This document shows, in pieces, positions 39,055-47,417 of a DNA stretch of 64,000 nucleotides (position 1 is its first letter; the number at the start of each line of letters is the position of its first letter). The stretch lies in the NCBI RefSeq assembly GCF_029227855.1, contig NZ_CP074356.1; one strand, 5' to 3'. Source of the DNA: Escherichia coli (lineage in GTDB: Bacteria; Pseudomonadota; Gammaproteobacteria; Enterobacterales; Enterobacteriaceae). Both the position numbers and the translations under genes were made by a program. Under the pieces are notes generated by a model. The model did not search any database. It worked only from the letters and a program-made list of their open reading frames with translations, and was not told the origin of the DNA.

Positions 39055-41526
39055 TTAAGAATCAGCCTGACTCGGGATCAGTTTTTGCCAGATAACTGAA
39101 ACGTATTTTGCCTGGTAACGGGCGTCATCAAGTGCATTATGCCGCTCACCTTCGAATGGAATAGCCGTTCTGGCATCGAAGTCTATGGCTTTCCCCAGCT
39201 CAACGATTGTGCGTACATCGCGATCGTTGTAGTAACGCCACGGGCAGGGGATCCCCTGCCGTTCGTATGAACGGCGCAAAATCGTGTTGTCGAAGTTGGC
39301 TCCATTTCCCCAGACCTGAACAAAAAATTCACCGGAGTTTTCGTCGATAAATTCCCGCAATTGTAACAGTGCATCATCTAACGGGATTTCATCGGTCATA
39401 ATGGCAGACTGCGCTTCACGTGATTGCTTCAGCCACCATTTAATGACGTCACGATCAATGACTCCGCCAGCAGTATTCAGATCTATGGTCTTGCTAAATT
39501 CCGGTCCCATATCTCCGGTTTGTGGATCGAAAAATATTGCGCCTATTGAGATAATCGGGGCATCAGGATTTTTTCCCATGGTTTCAAGGTCGATCATTAG
39601 ATGGTCACACGTCCTGCTGGTGGATGTGATAACGTGATGACCGTTCACCGTAATTAAGGGATCTGCCGTCTCGCCAGTTTCACTATCGCTGGCGTGGTCC
39701 TGAGCGCTGCCAGCATTCTCCTTGTGTGGATGTTCAGCGCCTTCCATTTTCTCCGAATCGTCTTCCTGAACTTCAACCTGGTTCTTGTCATCGAATGTTT
39801 CCTGGTATGTTGCGTCGCCCATCACCGCACCACATTCAGGGCAGTTGCCGCCGCCGGTCTGACCGTAGGCGGTGCAGATTTTTTCCGCTTCCTGTTGCGC
39901 TACTGGCTCAGGTTGTTTCGTTTCTGGCTCGTTTTGTAACGCATTTGGGCTGTTTTGTTCCGCTTTCTGGTCGTTCTGTTCCGTTTCTTGCTGGTTCTGG
40001 TTCACTGAATCGCGGGTTTCAATCCCCTTCACCCATTTCGGATCATTCGGATCGCTAATCCCTGCAACAAATTCACCACGTGATACAGCAAGCAACTGAT
40101 TGGCGTCAGGCTGGCTGATATTGGCTGCCTGCATAATTTTGTTTACTTCGTCAGCGGTAATTTTTACCGGCTCTGGTTGTGCGGTCGTGTCAGATGCACC
40201 AGTATTTTGTTGTGAACCTGAGTATGTACCGTTTTTGCGGGCGAAATATTCTTCTTTCGTGATTTCAGTAGCCCCGGCAGCCAGCGCCTTATCCAGACCA
40301 GAAAGTTTGTTTGCGCGACCGTATTTTTCGCCATCCTTGTCGGTAAAGAGGAAGTAGAACGGCCCCTCACGCTCTACAGATGGTTCGACTTCCACTTTGC
40401 ATTCAGTTTTTTCGTTGCCCGGAATTGCCGTTTCCACTGCATCAGTTTCTGGTACTGGCGACGAGAGAGTATCAGTTGCGCTCTGATTTGTTCCTTCATC
40501 TTCAAACACGCCCTTTGTAGTCAGGTATTTAGTAATGTATTTGTTCAGTGCCACAGGGTCTTTGTGAATGTCGATCGGACGTTCACGGACAAGGCCAAAA
40601 ATAGTCTGGCGGTCGTAGCGAAGGGCATCAGGCTGTTTGCGCATTGATGCCGAGATACGCTTCCAGTCTTCGCGGTCGTTGTCGATAACTTCATTTTTTG
40701 CCCAGCGATGGATGCTGCCGTCAATGTTTCCGGCATCCACATCACCAGGCCAGAGAGCGTAGGCCAGTTCGTCATCCAGTGTTTTCCATGTCTGCTTGTA
40801 TTCGCGATGAGTGGCAGCAATGACCGGGTTGATTTTTCCTGTTGAATTTTCAGTGTGCTGTTGATTGGCTCTGGCGCGGGCGAGATCAACAACAGACGTG
40901 TATTTTCCGGTTTCCTTGCGTTCATTTTCGCGACGTTTTTTCCAGATGCGCATCTCTGCCTGAATTTCGGGCCATTTAGCTCCAGGATTACATTTATGTT
41001 TAACCCACCCGATGGCATGCAGCTTAAGCTCCGGATACATGGCGTTAACTTCTGGCATTTTCATCAACGCTTCAACGATATGTCCGTCGAATGTTGCCAT
41101 GTCTTCCTGCAACAATTCCTGCGCGCTAATCACCATATCAACGGTGATGTTTTCACATGTGTCGAACTTAACCATGACAGCGTTCTGTACTTCAGGGGCC
41201 AGCTTGTCAAAAGTGACGTTCATCGGATCTGATTCAGTCTCAACCGGGACAAAGGAAGCAGACTCCTCATCCCAGCGGTTTTCCTGCATATATTCAGCAT
41301 CCCAGGAATCGAGGGCAGGGCGGGGTATACCGGGTTTATCCTCGCAAACAAGAAATTTATAAGCGCAGTCCTGAGCAACCGGATAATGTTCCAGGAATTG
41401 CCAGTGAAATTTTGCGCGGGCGCGACGTTCATCACCGGCTTCAATGGCAGTGGCTACAGCGATTGCACCTTCTTCCTTTATTGCCTGTTCGTCCGGAATG
41501 GCGGCGCAAATAAAGACTTTACTCAT
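39055..41526 (-). CDS. prophage exonuclease (RecE/ExoVIII-like position) with C-terminal DEDDh-type 3'-5' exonuclease domain (823 aa)
   Basis: ORF track 823 aa; C-terminal motifs MIDLETMG and ERHNALDDARYQ fit Exo I and Exo III of DnaQ-like exonucleases; acidic Q/E-rich central region. Confidence 0.78.
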   Translation of the reverse strand: MSKVFICAAIPDEQAIKEEGAIAVATAIEAGDERRARAKFHWQFLEHYPVAQDCAYKFLVCEDKPGIPRPALDSWDAEYMQENRWDEESASFVPVETESDPMNVTFDKLAPEVQNAVMVKFDTCENITVDMVISAQELLQEDMATFDGHIVEALMKMPEVNAMYPELKLHAIGWVKHKCNPGAKWPEIQAEMRIWKKRRENERKETGKYTSVVDLARARANQQHTENSTGKINPVIAATHREYKQTWKTLDDELAYALWPGDVDAGNIDGSIHRWAKNEVIDNDREDWKRISASMRKQPDALRYDRQTIFGLVRERPIDIHKDPVALNKYITKYLTTKGVFEDEGTNQSATDTLSSPVPETDAVETAIPGNEKTECKVEVEPSVEREGPFYFLFTDKDGEKYGRANKLSGLDKALAAGATEITKEEYFARKNGTYSGSQQNTGASDTTAQPEPVKITADEVNKIMQAANISQPDANQLLAVSRGEFVAGISDPNDPKWVKGIETRDSVNQNQQETEQNDQKAEQNSPNALQNEPETKQPEPVAQQEAEKICTAYGQTGGGNCPECGAVMGDATYQETFDDKNQVEVQEDDSEKMEGAEHPHKENAGSAQDHASDSETGETADPLITVNGHHVITSTSRTCDHLMIDLETMGKNPDAPIISIGAIFFDPQTGDMGPEFSKTIDLNTAGGVIDRDVIKWWLKQSREAQSAIMTDEIPLDDALLQLREFIDENSGEFFVQVWGNGANFDNTILRRSYERQGIPCPWRYYNDRDVRTIVELGKAIDFDARTAIPFEGERHNALDDARYQAKYVSVIWQKLIPSQADS

Positions 41527-41619
41527 TTTGTTTTAACCTCATGACAGATTTAAGGGTGAACAAATCCCTGCCATTGCTGGCATATAAGAATGAAATCGGA
41601 TGTTTATTACGGAACTGTT

Positions 41620-41811
41620 TTAAAGACCTGCCGGGATTTCGTTATTATCCTGGTGAATAACTTTATCGACAGGGTAACAGTTACCGGGAATTTTCTGTTC
41701 GGTTGCTGCAGTCACACACTCCTGCATTGTCCTGTGAACACTGACTGCAATATCAACTGGTTCTCCGGAAACAAGAAAAACTGTCAGAACAAGTGCAAAT
41801 GCTGTATTCAT
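41620..41811 (-). CDS. ydfD: small membrane-targeted protein YdfD (63 aa)
   Basis: ORF 41620..41865 (-); start at ATG 41809-41811 (MNTAFALVLTVFLVSGEPVD...); overlaps the dicB stop (ATGA). Confidence 0.8.
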   Translation of the reverse strand: MNTAFALVLTVFLVSGEPVDIAVSVHRTMQECVTAATEQKIPGNCYPVDKVIHQDNNEIPAGL

Positions 41812-41996
41812 TGCCAGCATCCTTTTTGTATCGGACGTAAACGGGCCAGCATTGAAAGAATGCATACTTTATTTAATAGCTCCCGTTCTTGTTTTCTCTT
41901 GTTAATGGCATCTTCAGTAAATACTGGGTTACTGATAGTGACACCAATTTCAAAACAACCTTCAGACGTATTAACGTTTGGTAATAACGTTTTCAT
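41808..41996 (-). CDS. dicB: cell-division inhibitor DicB (62 aa)
   Basis: ORF 41808..42101 (-); start at ATG 41994-41996 preceded by GAGGA; MKTLLPNVNTSEGCFEIGVTISNPVFTEDAINKRKQERELLNKVCILSMLARL... recognised as DicB. Confidence 0.88.
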   Translation of the reverse strand: MKTLLPNVNTSEGCFEIGVTISNPVFTEDAINKRKQERELLNKVCILSMLARLRPIQKGCWQ

Positions 41997-42165
41997 TATC
42001 GCGTCCTCAACAATGAATTTTGTGATGCAGTGCCTGGTGCCTCCAGGTGACGTTAACCAGTTAACAATTAACGTCGGATACAGAGAATCCACCCATAACA
42101 CTGTTTTTGGTTTTAACTGTTCCGCGTGCGCTCAGCCGCATTCACCGCATCACAAAATTCACTTT

Positions 42166-42223
42166 AAAAACGGCGGCAGAGCAGTCACGGAGTAAAACTG
42201 ATACCGCTAAACGTCACCAGAAA
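42166..42223 (-). ncRNA. dicF: DicF small RNA
   Basis: Reverse complement reads TTTCTGGTGACGTTTAGCGGTATCAGTTTTACTCCGTGACTGCTCTGCCGCCGTTTTT, matching the DicF sequence I recall, including terminator stem and U-tail; lies between the ydfC-like ORF and dicB. Confidence 0.85.
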
Positions 42224-42254
42224 ATTGATAACAGAGGGCGTTGCAGCGGGGTTG

Positions 42255-42446
42255 TCACTTAAGCGTATGGTCAACCTGACAACCCGGTGTCCTCAACGGG
42301 GAAGGAATAACCCCGCCATACTTACCGCCGCGCCATTTCGCGGGTTGCCACAACCGGAAGCGCACGGTCGAATTAAATTTAACGACACCGTACAGTGAGA
42401 CGAACTTCGCCGTGCGCTTTCGTGTTGTGTGCCTGCTTTTAACCAC
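42255..42446 (-). CDS. possible ydfC-like small ORF (63 aa, GTG start)
   Basis: Only positional support (between the ydfB-like ORF and dicF); composition not convincing; a second GTG ORF 42293..42478 competes. Confidence 0.25.
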   Translation of the reverse strand: MVKSRHTTRKRTAKFVSLYGVVKFNSTVRFRLWQPAKWRGGKYGGVIPSPLRTPGCQVDHTLK

Positions 42447-42482
42447 GTCAGGCGAGGTGGTATCCTTAAAATCACCACAGTT

Positions 42483-43058
42483 TTAAGGATTCATTAAGCA
42501 ATGTCGCAACCACCAATAAATCCGCTTAAGAACATGAAAATTGATTACTGGTATAAAGCGCTTACAGTTGTTGGCGCTGCGTTGTTTGTCTTTAATGGAA
42601 CGTCTTTTTTTGACAGATATCCCGTTGTTCCATTGGGTTTTTTGTCCTCCGGCATCTTTTTTATTGGTTTGGGGGAGTGGATTAATCACCCTCTCAAAGT
42701 GAGATTTATTGGTCCTGGAGTTTGGACTCGTGGATATAATCGTTCTTCGTGCGCACTCGGTATCATCTTCGACATACTTGGTTGTTTCCTGATTGTTACA
42801 GGAGTCGTCAAGTTCTTCTGATGTAAAACCGCAAATGGGGCACGTAACGGGAATTTTGAAAAGCGTTTCTCCGGGTTCCAGAACAAAATTTTCTGCGGTC
42901 TGATTTTGCTTCTCATATTTGTGCTCCGCGTCATTGTGAGAGCACATTCTTATTCTGAGTGCCTGTTTAAACTCACTGAAGCTGAGAGCTTCTTCGCCTT
43001 CGGCAAGACCTTCGAAGTATTCTTCGTAAGCCTTTTCCATGATTGTGTCGAAATCCAT
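42483..43058 (-). CDS. ydfB-like ORF, extended (191 aa from MDFDTIMEK...)
   Basis: ATG at 43056-43058, 1 nt after the ydfA stop; N-terminal ~90 aa protein-like (acidic helix, CPICGF); C-terminal half K/R/N-rich and is the codon-for-codon complement of a membrane-protein-like ORF on the plus strand. Confidence 0.4.
   Translation of the reverse strand: MDFDTIMEKAYEEYFEGLAEGEEALSFSEFKQALRIRMCSHNDAEHKYEKQNQTAENFVLEPGETLFKIPVTCPICGFTSEELDDSCNNQETTKYVEDDTECARRTIISTSPNSRTNKSHFERVINPLPQTNKKDAGGQKTQWNNGISVKKRRSIKDKQRSANNCKRFIPVINFHVLKRIYWWLRHCLMNP
42501..42821 (+). CDS. possible antisense 3-TM membrane protein (106 aa)
   Basis: ORF track 106 aa; three hydrophobic segments (ALTVVGAALFVF, VVPLGFLSSGIFFIGLG, CALGIIFDILGCFLIVTGVV); T-rich second codon positions; AAGGA 11 nt upstream of the ATG. 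Shares triplet register with the minus-strand ORF, so only one of the two is likely real. Confidence 0.35.
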   Translation: MSQPPINPLKNMKIDYWYKALTVVGAALFVFNGTSFFDRYPVVPLGFLSSGIFFIGLGEWINHPLKVRFIGPGVWTRGYNRSSCALGIIFDILGCFLIVTGVVKFF

Positions 43059-43059
43059 A

Positions 43060-43215
43060 TCACTCACCTGAGTTTCTTTCCAGCCAGCGACGGGCACCAT
43101 TTTCGGTTTTAAACGTTTTGCTTTTGGTATATGTCATCGCGGTGAACGTACCGTCCTGGTTGGGGAACACGCCACATACCAGAGATTCGCTGTTGCCAAG
43201 ATCGATAGTATCCAT
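43060..43215 (-). CDS. ydfA: DUF1391 small protein YdfA (51 aa)
   Basis: ORF 43060..43269 (-); start at ATG 43213-43215 with GAGG SD; MDTIDLGNSESLVCGVFPNQDGTFTAMTYTKSKTFKTENGARRWLERNSGE. Confidence 0.85.
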   Translation of the reverse strand: MDTIDLGNSESLVCGVFPNQDGTFTAMTYTKSKTFKTENGARRWLERNSGE

Positions 43216-43329
43216 GCTGACCTCATTTCCCCTTAACGCCGGGGTCGCGGAACTGTTTGCTGAGAACACCGTGCGGTGTCTTGATGGAAAGTAATTTAGA
43301 ATAACCTAACACGAGAGGCAAGTGTTTTT

Positions 43330-43347
43330 TGTTAGATTGATCTAACA
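43330..43347. promoter_or_regulatory. perfect palindrome TGTTAGA-N4-TCTAACA, candidate DicA operator at the dicB-operon promoter
   Basis: tgttagattgatctaaca between dicA 3' end and ydfA; same half-sites as the palindrome in the dicA-dicC intergenic region. Confidence 0.5.
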
Positions 43348-43383
43348 AAAAGAGTGGGCGCAACTAATCACTTGAAAAGAATG

Positions 43384-43791
43384 TTATTTTATTGATTTAT
43401 TTTTACGCGCTTTAAGCATTTCTTCGAAGAGTTTGTTGAAGTTTTCTACTCTTGCGCGCATTTCAGACAGCAAGGCTTCCTGCTCGGAAGATGGAAGAGC
43501 ATCGAATAATTCGATCAATTCTTTGTGGTTGGGAGTTAGCTCTGTTTCCACATGAAGTTCTTGTGCAGGCACTGGTGCCTTGTCTTCGTCACCAAACATT
43601 AGCCATGTAGGTGAGCACTTCAGAGCATCCGCTAAAGCAAACAATCGTTTTCCGACTGGCTGGGTTTCGTCTCTTTCCCATTGTGAAATTGTGACGTGAG
43701 CAACTCCAGCGAGGCGCGCAGCTTCTCGTTGTGTTAAGCGTAATTCTTTTCGTCGCGCCAGAACTCGCTGGCCTAGGGTTCTTGTATCCAT
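43384..43791 (-). CDS. dicA: HTH (XRE/CI-like) repressor DicA (135 aa)
   Basis: ORF track 135 aa MDTRTLGQRVLARRKELRLTQREAARLAGVAHVTISQWERDETQP... Confidence 0.9.
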   Translation of the reverse strand: MDTRTLGQRVLARRKELRLTQREAARLAGVAHVTISQWERDETQPVGKRLFALADALKCSPTWLMFGDEDKAPVPAQELHVETELTPNHKELIELFDALPSSEQEALLSEMRARVENFNKLFEEMLKARKNKSIK

Positions 43792-43840
43792 AGTTAGGTA
43801 ATTCTAATTTTTCTTGACTTAGGTATCCCGCGCACAATAA

Positions 43841-43858
43841 TGTTAGAAAAGTCTAACA
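43841..43858. promoter_or_regulatory. perfect palindrome TGTTAGA-N4-TCTAACA in the dicA/dicC divergent promoter region (candidate operator)
   Basis: tgttagaaaagtctaaca, 13 bp upstream of the dicC start. Confidence 0.55.
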
Positions 43859-43871
43859 AGAGGGGGCTTTG

Positions 43872-44099
43872 ATGCTTAAAGTTGACGCAATTACTTTTTT
43901 TGGCAGCAAAACAAAGCTTGCCAATGCCGCAGGAGTGAGACTGGCAAGTGTTGCTGCTTGGGGGATACTGGTTCCTGAAGGTCGCGCGATGCGTCTACAG
44001 GAGGCATCTGGCGGGGAGCTTCAGTATGATCCCAAAGTTTATGACGAATATCGTAAGACGAAGCGGGCGGGGCGGTTGAACAATGAAAATCACTCCTGA
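43872..44099 (+). CDS. dicC: Cro-like regulator DicC (75-76 aa)
   Basis: ORF 43869..44099; ATG at 43872 preceded by AGGGGG; MLKVDAITFFGSKTKLANAAGVRLASVAAWGIL... Confidence 0.88.
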   Translation: MLKVDAITFFGSKTKLANAAGVRLASVAAWGILVPEGRAMRLQEASGGELQYDPKVYDEYRKTKRAGRLNNENHS

Positions 44100-44604
44100 A
44101 CAGGCTCGTGAGGCTCTGGATGCCTGGATATGTCGACCAGGAATGACACAGGAGCAGGCGACGATATTAATCACTGAAGCATTCTGGGCTTTGAAAGAGC
44201 GCCCGAACATCGATGTTCAGCGTGTCACATATGAAGGTGGCGCGGTTGATCAGCGAGCGCTTAGCGTTAATCGAGTGAAGATATTCGAACGCTGGAAGGC
44301 TATCGACACCAGGGATAAGCGTGAAAAGTTCACAGCGCTAGTGCCTGCAATTATGGAGGCTATCCGGATTAGTGATTTCAGGTTGTATCGTGAGATCAGT
44401 GATGGAAAAAGTATTACGTACATGATCGCCGGGTTAAATAAAGAATATGGCGATGTGGTGGAATCCGGACTGCTTTTTGCAGATCCTGCCGTTGTAGATC
44501 GTGAAACTGACGAACTTATAGAAAAAGCAATTGCTTTCAAGCTTGCGTATCGACAGCAATACCAACAAAAAGCTGGATGGAATTATGAGTCTTCTTTTTG
44601 CTGA
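44083..44604 (+). CDS. prophage early protein (YdfX/YdaT-like position), 173 aa
   Basis: ORF track 173 aa overlapping the dicC stop; position equals cII in lambdoid maps; family name is a guess. Confidence 0.55.
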   Translation: MKITPEQAREALDAWICRPGMTQEQATILITEAFWALKERPNIDVQRVTYEGGAVDQRALSVNRVKIFERWKAIDTRDKREKFTALVPAIMEAIRISDFRLYREISDGKSITYMIAGLNKEYGDVVESGLLFADPAVVDRETDELIEKAIAFKLAYRQQYQQKAGWNYESSFC

Positions 44605-45550
44605 ACGCCCACTGGTTATAAACACGCAGCTGGCAATGAAAATCGGCTTAAACGAAGCCATTGTTTTGCAACAACTGCACTACTGGTTGAGAGATACCAA
44701 CTCCGGTATGGAATGTGATGGTGTTCGCTGGATTTATAACACAACGGAACAATGGCTGGAACAGTTCCCATTCTGGTCAGAGTCAACGTTAAAGCGCGCG
44801 TTTGCAAGTCTGAAAACGCTGGGGCTTTTGCGTTGTGAAAAGCTCAATAAATCAAAGCGCGATATGACCAATTTCTACACGATCAACTATGGGAGCGAGC
44901 TTTTAGATGGTGGCAAATTGAACGAATCCATCGGTTCAAAATGCGCCGCTCCATCAGGTCAAAATGACACGATGGAAGAGGTCAAAATGAAACGCTCCAT
45001 TGGTTCAAAACGATCCAATGTCATCGGGTCAAAATGGCCTGATGATCTTACAGAGAATACAACAGAGATTACTACAGAGAATAAAAACACTTTTCGTCCG
45101 GAAGCTTCGCAACCGGACCCGCAGACGACTGAACAGGATTTTTTAACCCGGAACTCCGACGCGGTTGTGTTTAGTGCGAAAAAACGCCAGTGGGGTAGCA
45201 GGGAGGATTTGGCGTGTGCGCAGTGGATCTGGGGGCGGATCGTGGGTCTCTACGAACAGGCAGCCAGTGATGATGGCGAGATCATGCGACCAAAAGAGCC
45301 TAACTGGACTGCCTGGGCCAATGACGTGCGCACAATGCGGATGCTGGATGGCAGAAGCCACAGACAAATTTGCGAAATGTTTGGTCGGGTTCAGCGAGAT
45401 CCATTCTGGGTAAAAAACATCATGAGCCCGTCAAAGCTCCGCGAAAAATGGGACGAACTGGTCATCCGCCTGGGACGTTCACCTGTACAGCGTTGTGTTA
45501 ATCATATTTCTGAACCGGATACAGAAATTCCGCCTGGTTTCAGAGGATAA
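44585..45550 (+). CDS. phage replication initiation / replisome organiser protein (O-like), about 321 aa
   Basis: ORF 44531..45550; start chosen at ATG 44585 (MSLLFAERPLVINTQLAMKIGLNEAIVLQQLHYWL...), an N-terminal winged-helix pattern I associate with phage replisome organisers; alternative start 44636. Confidence 0.7.
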   Translation: MSLLFAERPLVINTQLAMKIGLNEAIVLQQLHYWLRDTNSGMECDGVRWIYNTTEQWLEQFPFWSESTLKRAFASLKTLGLLRCEKLNKSKRDMTNFYTINYGSELLDGGKLNESIGSKCAAPSGQNDTMEEVKMKRSIGSKRSNVIGSKWPDDLTENTTEITTENKNTFRPEASQPDPQTTEQDFLTRNSDAVVFSAKKRQWGSREDLACAQWIWGRIVGLYEQAASDDGEIMRPKEPNWTAWANDVRTMRMLDGRSHRQICEMFGRVQRDPFWVKNIMSPSKLREKWDELVIRLGRSPVQRCVNHISEPDTEIPPGFRG

Positions 45551-45590
45551 GTGTTGATTTCAGGTCATGAGGTAATTTTAAGGGGGACTT

Positions 45591-46022
45591 GTGGCAAAAG
45601 TTTTTACACAAGAAGAGCGGGAAAAAATTAAAGGGCAGGTGGTGGAACTCGTGCGCCAGAGCGGTCGTGAGACGTTACGGCAACTGGAAGCTAAAACAGG
45701 TGCGACTAGATATCTGATGAGCGTTCTTGCCAGAGAGCTGGTAGCCAGTGGCGATGTATACAACTCCGGCTACGGGTTATTCCCGTCTGAACAGGCGCGT
45801 AAGGACTGGCAACACGCCCGCAAAAAACTCTCGAGGGCAAAGGTGAAGAAACCTGCTGTGGTTGATCCGGACCTTATCTGGTCATTACCTGACGGAGAAA
45901 TACGCCGCTACGACAGTCGCCTAAACATAATCTGTCGCGAGTGCCGGAAGACTGAAGTTATGCAGCGTATACTCGCATTCTATCAGGGAAATGTTCGATA
46001 TCTATTGAAGCGACGAGATTAA
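45591..46022 (+). CDS. hypothetical prophage protein (143 aa, GTG start)
   Basis: GTG at 45591 preceded by AGGGGG; basic protein; function unknown. Confidence 0.5.
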   Translation: MAKVFTQEEREKIKGQVVELVRQSGRETLRQLEAKTGATRYLMSVLARELVASGDVYNSGYGLFPSEQARKDWQHARKKLSRAKVKKPAVVDPDLIWSLPDGEIRRYDSRLNIICRECRKTEVMQRILAFYQGNVRYLLKRRD

Positions 46023-46345
46023 AGAGCATTAGTTCAGATGTGAATTGACATTTTCGTGGCACAAGATTAGCGCTAGCGTGGTCGTTTGGTTTGTGCCAAG
46101 AGCGGATAATGCTGACATTCCTATGCACTAATTAACGCAGAGCAAGCCAGTTAGTTGGTTATGGAAGTAAGTTGTAGCCAGCAACTATCACCATCGGAGA
46201 TATTTAGGGGGATGCACTCTAAGTTGTAGTTACTTTATAATGTCACTTTCAAAGCGGAAGCTTGTACAAAAGATGGATAAGCTTTTGTATAGTATGGGAT
46301 TCAAGAATCACTAAAAGATGACAACAGTACTTACAGGATGTGGCT

Positions 46346-46585
46346 ATGATCCGAATTATGATTAGAATATTTTCTTTGACATTCGTTGCTTGCGCTGGCT
46401 TTGCTGCATATCACTTCAATAGTGTGCCATTGATGTTCACTTCTGGTAGCTTTCTTGTAACATTTTTAGGTACATTTATTGTTAATAAAAAAAGTTCAGG
46501 GCATACAATAATTCAAAAAAGCGGTAGCCATTCAAAAAATAATCATACGGTCGTTTTTGGAAATAATGAAAACAAGCGAGGCTGA
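46346..46585 (+). CDS. small two-TM membrane peptide (79 aa), first gene of the AT-rich cassette
   Basis: ATG at 46346 with AGGA upstream; MIRIMIRIFSLTFVACAGFAAYHF...LMFTSGSFLVTFLGTFIV then polar tail; stop is 2 nt before the next start. Confidence 0.5.
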   Translation: MIRIMIRIFSLTFVACAGFAAYHFNSVPLMFTSGSFLVTFLGTFIVNKKSSGHTIIQKSGSHSKNNHTVVFGNNENKRG

Positions 46586-46587
46586 TC

Positions 46588-47184
46588 ATGGTTGGTGTTA
46601 CTCAAAGGTCAGGGAATTACTCACGTAATGTGCAGGTGGTTGTCGATTCTAACTCTGTTGATATTATAAAGTCTCCATCGATTTTTATGGATCTTGTTGG
46701 TATTTTAGTTGATTCGAATGTTATTGATCCTCGTACAAACAATGACTACGAGCCATATGATATTGAGAATAAAATAGACTTCAATGATGTTATAAAACAT
46801 AGAGAACGTATTGAAGGGTTCTATCTATATTCTTCGATGATAGATAAAGCGTATGAAACATTAAATGAAAGTATGCCTACTGCTAAGGAAACGGCACTGA
46901 AAAGCATCAATTCACGATATCTTGATTGTCAAGGAGATTTATTGCTTAAACATAGAGAAGCGTATAAGAGCTGCAAGGATGCTCAGGAACGGAATAATTT
47001 AAAGATTCAATTGGTAAGAGAGTTTGCAGATTGGATAATAGACAGTGTAATAGAGCACATCATTAAGAAATGCTTAAATTCTCTTATGGCAATGAATTAC
47101 ACAAGCGAAGAAATCGAATGCCATGCTTCTTTTATCGTTTATCATGCATTCGTAGAGTGTAAGATTCTGGAAAAACCAATATGA
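46588..47184 (+). CDS. hypothetical protein (198 aa), second gene of the AT-rich cassette
   Basis: ATG 46588 with GAGG SD; stop overlaps the next start (ATGA); no motif I recognise. Confidence 0.65.
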   Translation: MVGVTQRSGNYSRNVQVVVDSNSVDIIKSPSIFMDLVGILVDSNVIDPRTNNDYEPYDIENKIDFNDVIKHRERIEGFYLYSSMIDKAYETLNESMPTAKETALKSINSRYLDCQGDLLLKHREAYKSCKDAQERNNLKIQLVREFADWIIDSVIEHIIKKCLNSLMAMNYTSEEIECHASFIVYHAFVECKILEKPI

Positions 47185-47417
47185 TTATCTCTGATGTAAC
47201 AAAACCAAGCCAAACCTTGTATTACCTGGGAGCTCGGTTATTAGAATGCATGAGTTCAAATGCTTATTCGTATGTTGATATTATAGACTTGTATAATGAA
47301 TTCAAATCTAAAAATAACAACTCTTCATTCACGCAATATATTTACACTTTAAATTGGCTATATTTATTAGGCCTGGTTGATGCTAACGAAAATGGAGATT
47401 TGATATTATGTTTTTGA
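47181..47417 (+). CDS. hypothetical small protein (78 aa), third gene of the AT-rich cassette
   Basis: ATG 47181 overlapping the upstream stop; 3' end overlaps the ATPase start by 10 nt. Confidence 0.6.
   Translation: MIISDVTKPSQTLYYLGARLLECMSSNAYSYVDIIDLYNEFKSKNNNSSFTQYIYTLNWLYLLGLVDANENGDLILCF

Noticed and set aside
41590-42195. 201-aa Cys-rich plus-strand ORF
   Set aside because: Entirely antisense to ydfD, dicB and DicF, which are well supported; almost certainly a shadow ORF.
42293-42478. 61-aa GTG-initiated minus-strand ORF upstream of DicF
   Set aside because: Competes with the overlapping 63-aa frame; neither has convincing composition, so only one is listed, at low confidence.
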